DNA of 48,993 bases, taken from Candidatus Rokuibacteriota bacterium (GTDB lineage Bacteria; Methylomirabilota; Methylomirabilia; Rokubacteriales; CSP1-6). Every line of letters starts with the position of its first letter. Position 1 is the stretch's first letter. The position numbers were made by a program, and so were the translations under genes. The stretch is taken from the NCBI GenBank assembly GCA_016209425.1, contig JACQWA010000257.1, forward strand, positions 1 through 48,993, given 5' to 3'. Of this stretch, positions 27,183-37,092 are shown piece by piece. Under the pieces are notes generated by a model. It saw only the letters and a program-made list of their open reading frames with translations. It was not told the origin of the DNA and did not search any database.

Positions 27183-28328
27183 ATGAAGAAGTACTACCTC
27201 ATGGCCCCGGGGCCGACGCCAGTTCCGAATCAGGTGCTCCTGGCCATGGCTCACCCGATCATCCACCACCGGACCCCGGAGTACGAGGCGCTCTTCGCCA
27301 GGGTGCGGGAGGGGCTCAAGTGGCTCATCCAGACGACGCAGGAGACGATCCTCTTGGCGGCGTCGGGCACGGGGGGCATGGAGGCTGCCGTGGCCAACAC
27401 GCTCTCCCCGGGCGACAAATCCCTCGTGATCCGGGCGGGGAAGTTCGGGGAGCGCTGGGCAGAGATCTGCCAGGCCTACGGCGTCGAGGTGGTGGCGCTG
27501 GACGCTCCGTTCGGCCACACCGTCCCGGCCGACCGGGTGGCCGACGCGCTGACGAAGTCGTCAGGCATCCGGGCCGTCTTCTGCCAGCACAGCGAGACGT
27601 CCACCGGCGTTCTCCACGACGTCAAGGGCTACGCCGAGGCGACGCGCGGGAGCGACGCGATCCTGGTGGTGGACGCGGTGTCGAGCCTGGGCGTGGCGGA
27701 TCTGCCGATGGACGCCTGGGGAGTGGACGTCGTGGTGGCGGGCTCTCAGAAGGGGCTGATGCTCCCGCCGGGGCTGGCCTTCTGCACGCTCTCGGACAAG
27801 GCGTGGGCGCTCGTCAAGCGGGCCAGGCTCCCCCGGTATTATTTTGATCTGCTGGAAGAGAAGAAGCTCGTGGTGAAGAACCAGCCCCACTTCACCCCCG
27901 CGGTGTCGATCGTCGTCGGGTTGGCAGCGGCGCTGGCCATGCTCCAAGCCGAGGGGCTCGCCAACGTCTTCAAGCGCCACGACCGGCTGGCCCGCGCCAC
28001 CCGCGCCGGCGTCGAGGCCCTGGGCCTGGAGTTGTTCGCCAAGGCCACGCCGAGCCCGGCGATCACCGCCGTCGTCTCGCCGAAGGGAATCGACGGCGAG
28101 CGAGTGTTGGCCACCTTTGCCTCGTCGCACAACATCACGATCGCCGGCGGGCAGGGGGAGATGAAGGGGAAGGTCTTCCGGCTGGGTCACATGGGCTACG
28201 TCGGCGATTTCGACGTGGTCGTGGCCCTCGGGGCGCTGGAGCAGGTGCTGGCGGAGCTGGGGTACCCGGTGGACTGGGGCGCCGCGGTCGGGGCCGCCCA
28301 GAAGGTGCTCGCCGAACGCGCGCCATGA
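27183..28328 (+). CDS. Class V aminotransferase (serine-pyruvate / alanine-glyoxylate / phosphoserine aminotransferase-like)
   Basis: N-terminus YLMAPGPTPVPNQVL, with GSQKGLMLPPGLAF holding the PLP lysine motif. GGAAAGGAG SD. ATGA overlap with serA suggests a role in serine biosynthesis. Confidence 0.85.
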   Translation: MKKYYLMAPGPTPVPNQVLLAMAHPIIHHRTPEYEALFARVREGLKWLIQTTQETILLAASGTGGMEAAVANTLSPGDKSLVIRAGKFGERWAEICQAYGVEVVALDAPFGHTVPADRVADALTKSSGIRAVFCQHSETSTGVLHDVKGYAEATRGSDAILVVDAVSSLGVADLPMDAWGVDVVVAGSQKGLMLPPGLAFCTLSDKAWALVKRARLPRYYFDLLEEKKLVVKNQPHFTPAVSIVVGLAAALAMLQAEGLANVFKRHDRLARATRAGVEALGLELFAKATPSPAITAVVSPKGIDGERVLATFASSHNITIAGGQGEMKGKVFRLGHMGYVGDFDVVVALGALEQVLAELGYPVDWGAAVGAAQKVLAERAP

Positions 28329-29908
28329 AGACGGTGATCGTGACCGACGGCTTGCAGGAGATCGGAATCGAGGCCCTCCGCCGGGAGGGCCTTTCCGTTG
28401 AGGTGGTCCCCACGCTCACCGAGCCGGACCTCTGCGTCGCGATCGCGAATGCGGATGGCTTGATCGTCCGCAGCGCCACGAAAGTCACGGCGAAGGTGAT
28501 CGAGGCGGGCCGACAGCTTCAGGTGGTCGGGCGGGCCGGTGCCGGCGTGGACAACATCGACGTGGAGGCCGCCACCGAGCGAGGGATCGTCGTGATGAAC
28601 ACCCCCGGGGCCAACACGATCGCCGTCGCCGAGCACACCATCGGGCTCCTCCTGGCGCTCGCCCGCAAGCTCCCGCAGGCCCACGGCGCGCTCAAGGGCG
28701 GCCGCTGGGAGAAGGAGCGCTTTGCCGGGATCGAGCTCTACAACAAGGTGCTGGGGATCATCGGGCTCGGGCGGATCGGCTCCGAGGTGGCCCGCCGGGC
28801 CCTGGGGCTCCGGATGCAGGTCATCGCCTACGATCCGTACCTCACCGCGGAGGCCGCGCAGCGGATCGGCGTCGAGGTGGTGGAGCTGGATCACCTCCTC
28901 AAGCAGGCCGATTTCGTCTCGATCCATGTCCCCCTGACGGCCGAAACGCGGAATTTCCTCGGGGCCGGCGAGATGGCCAAGATGAAGGATGGCGTGCGAA
29001 TCATCAACTGCGCCCGGGGCGGGGTGATCAGCGAAGAGGCGCTGGTGAACGCCATCCGCGAGGGGAAGGTGGCCGGCGCGGCCCTGGACGTGTTCGAACG
29101 GGAACCGCTGCCTCCCGACCATCCGCTGCTCGGTCTCGACGAGGTGATCCTGACCCCCCACCTGGCGGCGTCCACGGAGGAGGCGCAGTCCGGCGTGGCC
29201 CTGGCGATCGCCCAGCAGGTTTCGGATGTGCTGGTCCGCGGACTGGTCCGGAACGCGGTGAATGTCCCCTCGGTGGACGCCGAGACGCTCAAGGAGCTCC
29301 GTCCCTATCTCACGCTGGCGGAAAAAATGGGCTCGTTCCTGGCCCAGATGGCCGAAGGCCGGATGAAGCGGGTCCGCCTGGAGTACGCCGGCGAGGTCGC
29401 GACGCTGGCGACCCCGGTCCTCACCGTGACGTTCCTCAAGGGGCTCCTCAACGTGATCCTCGAGGAGAACGTGTCGGACGTGAACGCCCCCTACCTCGCC
29501 AAGGTTCGCGGGATCAAGGTGGTGGAGACGAACACCGCCGAGAGCGAAGATTACGCGAGCCTGCTCGCCGCCGAGCTTGAGACCAACCGGGGGTCCTGGC
29601 GGGTGGCGGGGACCCTGTTCCACAAACGGGAGCCCCGGATCGTGAGGATCGACGGCTACCCCCTGGAGGCGGTCCCCTCAGGCTGGATGCTCGTCTTCTC
29701 CAACCTCGACGTGCCGGGCGTGATCGGGCGGATCGGCACCCTCTGCGGCCGCCACCAGATCAACATCGCCGGCATGCAGCTCGGCCGCGAGCGCCGGGGC
29801 GGGCAGGCCGTCTCCATCCTGAACCTGGATGACCCCATCCCGGAGGCGATCCTTCGCGAGATCCGGGCGATGCCCGACATCGGCTTCGCGAAAGTGGTGA
29901 AGCTCTAG
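28325..29908 (+). CDS. serA: D-3-phosphoglycerate dehydrogenase (long form with ASB and ACT domains)
   Basis: GIIGLGRIGSEVA NAD-binding motif, INCARGG, TPHLAASTEEAQ, and a C-terminal ACT-like segment (LVFSNLDVPGVIGRIGTLCGRHQINIAGMQLGR). Confidence 0.92.
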   Translation: MKTVIVTDGLQEIGIEALRREGLSVEVVPTLTEPDLCVAIANADGLIVRSATKVTAKVIEAGRQLQVVGRAGAGVDNIDVEAATERGIVVMNTPGANTIAVAEHTIGLLLALARKLPQAHGALKGGRWEKERFAGIELYNKVLGIIGLGRIGSEVARRALGLRMQVIAYDPYLTAEAAQRIGVEVVELDHLLKQADFVSIHVPLTAETRNFLGAGEMAKMKDGVRIINCARGGVISEEALVNAIREGKVAGAALDVFEREPLPPDHPLLGLDEVILTPHLAASTEEAQSGVALAIAQQVSDVLVRGLVRNAVNVPSVDAETLKELRPYLTLAEKMGSFLAQMAEGRMKRVRLEYAGEVATLATPVLTVTFLKGLLNVILEENVSDVNAPYLAKVRGIKVVETNTAESEDYASLLAAELETNRGSWRVAGTLFHKREPRIVRIDGYPLEAVPSGWMLVFSNLDVPGVIGRIGTLCGRHQINIAGMQLGRERRGGQAVSILNLDDPIPEAILREIRAMPDIGFAKVVKL

Positions 29909-29940
29909 CCCGGATTATTCTCGTGAATAATCCGGGCTAG
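29905..29940. repeat. REP-like palindromic element, family A (copy 2); possible serA terminator hairpin
   Basis: CTAGCCCGGATTATTC-tcgt-GAATAATCCGGGCTAG: a perfect 16-bp stem that overlaps the serA TAG stop. No U-tract follows. Confidence 0.6.
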
Positions 29941-29953
29941 CCCCACCTGTCGT

Positions 29954-29973
29954 CCCCCTCACCCTGCCTCTCC
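29954..29973. repeat. Family B repeat, half-copy (CCCCCTCACCCTGCCTCTCC)
   Basis: This 20-mer is identical to 38343-38362. Here it lacks the complementary right arm. Confidence 0.45.
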
Positions 29974-29976
29974 GGG

Positions 29977-30006
29977 TTGGCCTTTGGAGCCCGCCTTGAT
30001 TACAAT
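29977..30006 (+). promoter_or_regulatory. Sigma-70-like promoter upstream of hisZ
   Basis: TTGGCC (29977-82), 18-nt spacer, TACAAT (30001-06), 21 nt upstream of ATG 30027. Confidence 0.35.
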
Positions 30007-30026
30007 AAACAGGGTTGAGCACTGGT

Positions 30027-32676
<2,650 letters not shown>

Positions 32677-32749
32677 CGCGGATCCTCAGCAGGAATTTTC
32701 GGCGGAGCCCATGAGTATTTCGTCGCATCGTGTTATCATTATTCGTCCG

Positions 32750-32825
32750 GAGCCGTTAGCTCAGTCGGGAGAGCACCTGCCTTTTAAGCAGGGGGTCGGT
32801 GGTTCGATCCCACCACGGCTCACCA
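32750..32825 (+). tRNA. tRNA-Lys (anticodon UUU), CCA encoded
   Basis: Manual cloverleaf fold. Acceptor GAGCCGT/ACGGCTC, D-arm GCTC-AGTCGGGA-GAGC, anticodon arm CCTGC-CTTTTAA-GCAGG, T-arm GGTGG-TTCGATC-CCACC. 76 nt. Confidence 0.9.
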
Positions 32826-32934
32826 GGGTTTTCGGCCCGTTGCGTTTCCACGCCGTCCTGGTCGCTCCGGCCAGCGGGTGTGCGCAGCCTGGAGGTGTCG
32901 TAGACTGAAACACGACGTCCGGGGGTCGCAGAAG

Positions 32935-34677
32935 GTGGAAGCTGCCAAGGCAAGCGAAGGTCAGCGCCCGGTCGGCCGGCGCCTGGGAGACCTCCTCGTG
33001 GCCGCGGGGTTGGTCGCCCCCACCCAGCTCGCCGAGGCCCTGGCCGAGCAGAAGCGGACGGGCGAGAAGCTGGGCCCGGTCCTGGTCCGCCTTGGCCTCG
33101 TCAGTGAAGAGCAGCTGGTCAAGGTCCTGTCCAGCCAGTACGGAATCCCGACGGTCACGCTCTCCGACATCACCCTCGAGCCCGAACTCCTCAAGCTGGT
33201 TCCGGCCTGGATTGCCAAGAAATACGAGCTGGTCCCCGTCCACTACGCGAACGGCACGCTGACCCTTGCCATGGCGGACCCGACCAACCTCTCCGCGCTG
33301 GACGACATGGCCTTCATGACAGGGCTGCAGGTCGTCCCGGCCATCGCCCCGCTGTCGGTCATTCGCCAGGCCATCGAGCATTCCTACGAGACCTCGCTCT
33401 CCACCCTGGCGGATATGCTGACCGAAGCCGAGGCCATCGCCGAAGAGATCAATCTCGTGCGGGACCGGGATCTCGGCGGCCTGGTCGACATCCGGCAGCT
33501 TCGCGCCTCGGCCGACGAGGCGCCGGTGGTTCGGTTCGTGAACATGATTCTTCTTGACGCGATCCGCCGCGCGGCCTCGGACGTCCACCTGGAACCGTAC
33601 GAGGACGCCCTCCGCATCAGGTTCCGCCTCGACGGTATGCTCCATAAGATCATGGACGCTCCCAAGCAGCTGGAGCCCGCGCTCGTCTCGCGCATCAAGA
33701 TCATGGCCAACCTCGACATCGCCGAGCGACGGCTTCCTCAGGACGGGAGCATCCAGTTTCGCGGCCGCTCCCGGGAGGTCGACCTCCGGGTGTCCACGCT
33801 GCCGACGATCTTCGGCGAGAGCGTGTCCGTGCGGATCCTGGACAAGGAAGCCCTCAAGCTGGACTTGAGTCAGCTCGGGTTCGATGCCTGGTGCCTGGAG
33901 CAGTTCCGGAAGGTCATCCACAGCCCCCATGGCTTGATCCTGATCACGGGCCCGACCGGCTCTGGCAAGACCACCACCCTCTATGCCGCCATCAACACGG
34001 TGAACGCCCCCCATGTCAACATCATGACCGTCGAGGATCCGGTGGAGTACAACCTCAAGGGGGTCAACCAGGTCCAGGTCAAAGAGGAGATCGGGCGGAC
34101 CTTCGCGGCCATTCTCCGCTCGTTCCTCCGCCACGACCCCGACGTGGTCCTGGTGGGTGAGATGCGCGATCTGGAGACGGCCCAGATCGCCGTTCGGGCG
34201 GCGCTCACGGGTCACCTGGTCCTGAGCACGCTGCACACCAACGATTGCCCGTCCAGCATCGACCGGCTCCTGGACATGGGCATCCCCCCCTTCCTCGTCT
34301 CCTCCTCGCTCCGCCTGATCCTGGCCCAGCGCCTCGTCCGGAAGATCTGCCTGGACTGCCGCGAAGCCTACGAGGCCGACGAGGAGAGCCTGGCCCCGTA
34401 TGGCCACACCCCGCAGGGGCTCGGCAAGTGCACCTTGTACCGGGGGGAGGGCTGCCCGACCTGCAACTTCACGGGGATGAAGGGCCGGGTGGCGATTGCC
34501 GAGGTGATGCCCATCGCCAGGGAGATCCGCGATCTGATCCGGGCCAGCGCGCCCACCGCCGAAGTCCGCGAGGTGGCCCGTCGACAGGGGATGCGGACCC
34601 TGCGCGAGGCCGGCCTTCAGAAGGTCCTCGAGGGGATGACCAATGTCGATGAAGTCCTGCGCGTGACCACCGAGTAA
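32935..34677 (+). CDS. pilB: GspE/PilB-family type IV pilus / type II secretion ATPase
   Basis: N-terminal T2SSE_N domain (LGDLLVAAGLVAPTQLAEALAEQ...LGLVSEEQLVKVLSSQYG). Walker A GPTGSGKTTT. Also VEDPVEY, VGEMRD and the tetra-Cys motif CLDC...CPTC. The start is uncertain (GTG 32935 or GTG 32878). Confidence 0.85.
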   Translation: MEAAKASEGQRPVGRRLGDLLVAAGLVAPTQLAEALAEQKRTGEKLGPVLVRLGLVSEEQLVKVLSSQYGIPTVTLSDITLEPELLKLVPAWIAKKYELVPVHYANGTLTLAMADPTNLSALDDMAFMTGLQVVPAIAPLSVIRQAIEHSYETSLSTLADMLTEAEAIAEEINLVRDRDLGGLVDIRQLRASADEAPVVRFVNMILLDAIRRAASDVHLEPYEDALRIRFRLDGMLHKIMDAPKQLEPALVSRIKIMANLDIAERRLPQDGSIQFRGRSREVDLRVSTLPTIFGESVSVRILDKEALKLDLSQLGFDAWCLEQFRKVIHSPHGLILITGPTGSGKTTTLYAAINTVNAPHVNIMTVEDPVEYNLKGVNQVQVKEEIGRTFAAILRSFLRHDPDVVLVGEMRDLETAQIAVRAALTGHLVLSTLHTNDCPSSIDRLLDMGIPPFLVSSSLRLILAQRLVRKICLDCREAYEADEESLAPYGHTPQGLGKCTLYRGEGCPTCNFTGMKGRVAIAEVMPIAREIRDLIRASAPTAEVREVARRQGMRTLREAGLQKVLEGMTNVDEVLRVTTE

Positions 34678-34720
34678 CCCGCCGCAGGAGAATCCACGCG
34701 CTGCCCGGGGTCTCAGCTTC

Positions 34721-34749
34721 TTGCGGGATTCGGTCGTCTGAGGTAGTCT
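34721..34749 (+). promoter_or_regulatory. Candidate promoter of tRNA-Glu
   Basis: TTGCGG (34721-26), 17-nt spacer, TAGTCT (34744-49), 10 nt upstream of the mature tRNA 5' end. Confidence 0.3.
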
Positions 34750-34758
34750 GGCTCACCG

Positions 34759-34837
34759 GACCCCGTCGTCTAGCCTGGCCAAGGACGCGACCCTTTCAAG
34801 GTCGAGATCGCGGGTTCGAATCCCGCCGGGGTCACCA
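34759..34837 (+). tRNA. tRNA-Glu (anticodon UUC), CCA encoded
   Basis: Acceptor GACCCCG/CGGGGTC, anticodon arm CGACC-CTTTCAA-GGTCG, T-arm GCGGG-TTCGAAT-CCCGC, long D-loop. 79 nt. Followed by CCCTTTTT. Confidence 0.85.
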
Positions 34838-34909
34838 CCCTTTTTGTATGGACGAATCCTTCCGGAATCGGACTCTGGCATCTCCACGAGCACTGGCTGG
34901 AGCCGCCTG

Positions 34910-36214
34910 ATGACCACTGGGGGGGAGTGCCAGGACGGGCGAGCCCGGGCCCGTGCGTCGGTTTTGAGGCGGGTAAAGTCGGCTGCGGGGTTCCGGGGAG
35001 CACGATGGGTGTTCTGCGTGATGGTGGCCTCCCTCAACGTGGCGGCCACCCTGGCGAGCGCGCAGACGGTGAAGGATGGCCGGCTCACGGTGAGGCCGGT
35101 GGCGAGCGGGTTGCACGCGCCCACGACCATGGCCTTCATCGGTCCGGACGATATCCTCGTCCTCCAGAAGAACGACGGCCGGGTCCGTCGCATCCTCGGG
35201 GGCGTCCTGCAGCCCGGCGAGGTGCTGGACGTCGCGGTGGACTACGCGGCAGAGCGCGGACTGCTGGGGATCGCGGTCCATCCGCAGTTTCCGACGACGC
35301 CCTTCGTCTATCTCTTCTACACGGAGAGCAGCACGGGCGCCGACACCGAGGGCTTCCCTCCTCCCCTGGGCAATCGCCTCTACCGCTATACCTGGAACGG
35401 AACGGCCCTCATCAATCCGACGCTCCTGCTGGATCTGTCGGTCTCTCCCAACTTCAACCATAACGGGGGCGTTCTCACCTTCGGCCCCGACGGCAAGCTC
35501 TACGCGGTGATCGGGGATCTGGATCACCGCGGCCAGCTGCAGAACCTCCCGGCCGGCCCCCTCCCCGACGACACCGGGGTGATCTTCCGCCTCAACGACG
35601 ACGGCACGATCCCGGGGGATAACCCGTTCTTCTCTCAAGGGGGAAAGCTGGCCCAGTACTACGCCTACGGGATTCGCAACAGCTTCGGTCTGGCGTTCGA
35701 TCCCGTGACCGGCAACCTGTGGGACACCGAGAACGGGGCGGCCACCTATGATGAAATCAACCTGGTGAGGCCAGGCTTTAACAGCGGCTGGATCCAGATC
35801 ATGGGACCCAACGTCCGCGACCCCCAGCGGGTTGACGACCTCTTCCACGTGCCGGGCTCGCACTACGCCGACCCGGCCTTTTCCTGGCGCAGGACCGTGG
35901 CCCCCACGGGCATTGTCTTTCTCGACTCGCCGAGGCTAGGTGAGCAGTACCTGAACGACGCCTTCGTCGGCGATTACGTGACGGGGAGCCTCTACCGCTT
36001 CCGGATGAACGCGACCCGCGACGGCTTCCTCTTCAGGCACCCGGGCCTGGTTGATCGGGTCGCTGACACGCCCGGCGAGCTCAGGGAGCTGATTTTCGGC
36101 ACCGGGTTCGGCGCGATCACCGACCTGGAGGTGGGCCCGGACGGCCTGCTTTATGTCCTCCCCTTTGAGCGGGGAACGCTCTACGTGATCGCGCCCAGAG
36201 CCCCCGACCCATGA
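34910..36214 (+). CDS. PQQ-dependent (soluble) sugar dehydrogenase, beta-propeller, secreted
   Basis: VASGLHAPTTMAF, ERGLLGIAVHPQF, HNGGVLTFGPDGKLY, YAYGIRNSFGLAFDP, DEINLV..GFNSGW. Signal-peptide-like segment WVFCVMVASLNVAATLASAQT. GGAG SD before ATG 34910, but the start is uncertain. Confidence 0.8.
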   Translation: MTTGGECQDGRARARASVLRRVKSAAGFRGARWVFCVMVASLNVAATLASAQTVKDGRLTVRPVASGLHAPTTMAFIGPDDILVLQKNDGRVRRILGGVLQPGEVLDVAVDYAAERGLLGIAVHPQFPTTPFVYLFYTESSTGADTEGFPPPLGNRLYRYTWNGTALINPTLLLDLSVSPNFNHNGGVLTFGPDGKLYAVIGDLDHRGQLQNLPAGPLPDDTGVIFRLNDDGTIPGDNPFFSQGGKLAQYYAYGIRNSFGLAFDPVTGNLWDTENGAATYDEINLVRPGFNSGWIQIMGPNVRDPQRVDDLFHVPGSHYADPAFSWRRTVAPTGIVFLDSPRLGEQYLNDAFVGDYVTGSLYRFRMNATRDGFLFRHPGLVDRVADTPGELRELIFGTGFGAITDLEVGPDGLLYVLPFERGTLYVIAPRAPDP

Positions 36215-36261
36215 CCCACCGTCTGCGCCTCCTTTCCCGGCCTTCTTCCCGGCGGGTGCGC

Positions 36262-36267
36262 TATAAT
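36262..36267 (+). promoter_or_regulatory. Perfect TATAAT -10 hexamer upstream of the small-protein/cNMP/M50-like operon
   Basis: TATAAT lies in an AT-richer patch (ctataataggttttccaattt), 61 nt upstream of ATG 36328. No convincing -35. Confidence 0.3.
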
Positions 36268-36327
36268 AGGTTTTCCAATTTGCGCTTCGCTAGGAGGCTG
36301 TTCGAGCGCGCGCCGAGGGGAGGGCGG

Positions 36328-36549
36328 ATGGCAGGGGAGGGGCTCAAGGAGCTCGTGGGGCGGGCGATGATCGACCCTGACTTCCTTCAGGCCCTCGTGC
36401 GGGACCCCTACACCGTGCTGGCGGACTACGAGCTGAGCGCGGAGGAGCGCACCTCCGTCCTGCAGGCCATCGCCAAGCTCACCCTGACGCCTCGGCCCCA
36501 GCAGGCGCGGGCCTTCCAGACGGCCCTCGTCAAGCGCTTGGCGACGTAG
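36328..36549 (+). CDS. Small helical protein resembling NHLP-clan (nitrile-hydratase-leader-like) peptides; 73 aa
   Basis: MAGEGLKELVGRAMIDPDFLQALVRDPYTVLADYELSAEERTSVLQAI has the xxDPxFxxxLxxDPxxxLxxYxLSxEE pattern I associate with NHLP/Os1348-type leader-like proteins. GAGGGGAGGG SD. Its stop is 4 nt before the next gene. Confidence 0.45.
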   Translation: MAGEGLKELVGRAMIDPDFLQALVRDPYTVLADYELSAEERTSVLQAIAKLTLTPRPQQARAFQTALVKRLAT

Positions 36550-36553
36550 AGGC

Positions 36554-37060
36554 ATGCCGAAAGCCGACGCCGTTGCCTTCCTCCGGTCCGTCTCCGTCTT
36601 CAAGGATCTTGCGGAGCCCCACCTGGTGGCGCTCGCGCTGCGGCTCCAGCCGCGGCGACTCACGAAGGGCGAAGTGCTCTTCCGCGAGGGGGACAAGGGC
36701 GAGGAGCTCTACCTGATCCGCGAGGGGACCGTCGTGGTCTCCAAGCCCGTCATCGGTCGGGTCGAGCAGGTGCTGGCGCGGATGGGCCCCGGGGAGTTTT
36801 TCGGGGAGATGAGCCTCTTCGACCGGGCTCCCCGGTCGGCCACCATTCAGGCTGAAACCGACGCGCTCCTCTTGTGCTTGGATCGGGAAAGCCTCCAGCA
36901 GCTCGTCGAGATCAGCCCCCGCGCTGCGGCGGCCTTTTTCTTCCAGATGGTTCAGGTGTTCGTCTCCCGACTCCGAGAGTCGGGCAACCTCGTCGCGGAG
37001 GTGACGCGGTGGGGCCTGGAGGCCACGGGACTGGACCTGGACAGCAAGTTCCCCGGCTGA
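36554..37060 (+). CDS. Cyclic nucleotide-binding domain protein (stand-alone cNMP domain, no HTH)
   Basis: FKDLAEPHLVALA...GEVLFREGDKGEELYLIREG...GPGEFFGEMSLFDRAPRSATIQA: canonical CAP/PKA-type cNMP-binding beta-barrel with the FGE...RSA phosphate-binding cassette. Confidence 0.8.
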   Translation: MPKADAVAFLRSVSVFKDLAEPHLVALALRLQPRRLTKGEVLFREGDKGEELYLIREGTVVVSKPVIGRVEQVLARMGPGEFFGEMSLFDRAPRSATIQAETDALLLCLDRESLQQLVEISPRAAAAFFFQMVQVFVSRLRESGNLVAEVTRWGLEATGLDLDSKFPG

Positions 37061-37092
37061 CCCGAGGCGGCCGAGCCGAGGAAGGACCGAGT

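Noticed and set aside
36211-36327. 39-codon N-terminal extension of the NHLP-like small protein (track start ATG 36211)
   Set aside because: It would overlap the sugar dehydrogenase stop and read through the TATAAT/AT-rich promoter-like patch. The extension is Arg/Ser-rich. ATG 36328 has a good SD (GAGGGGAGGG).
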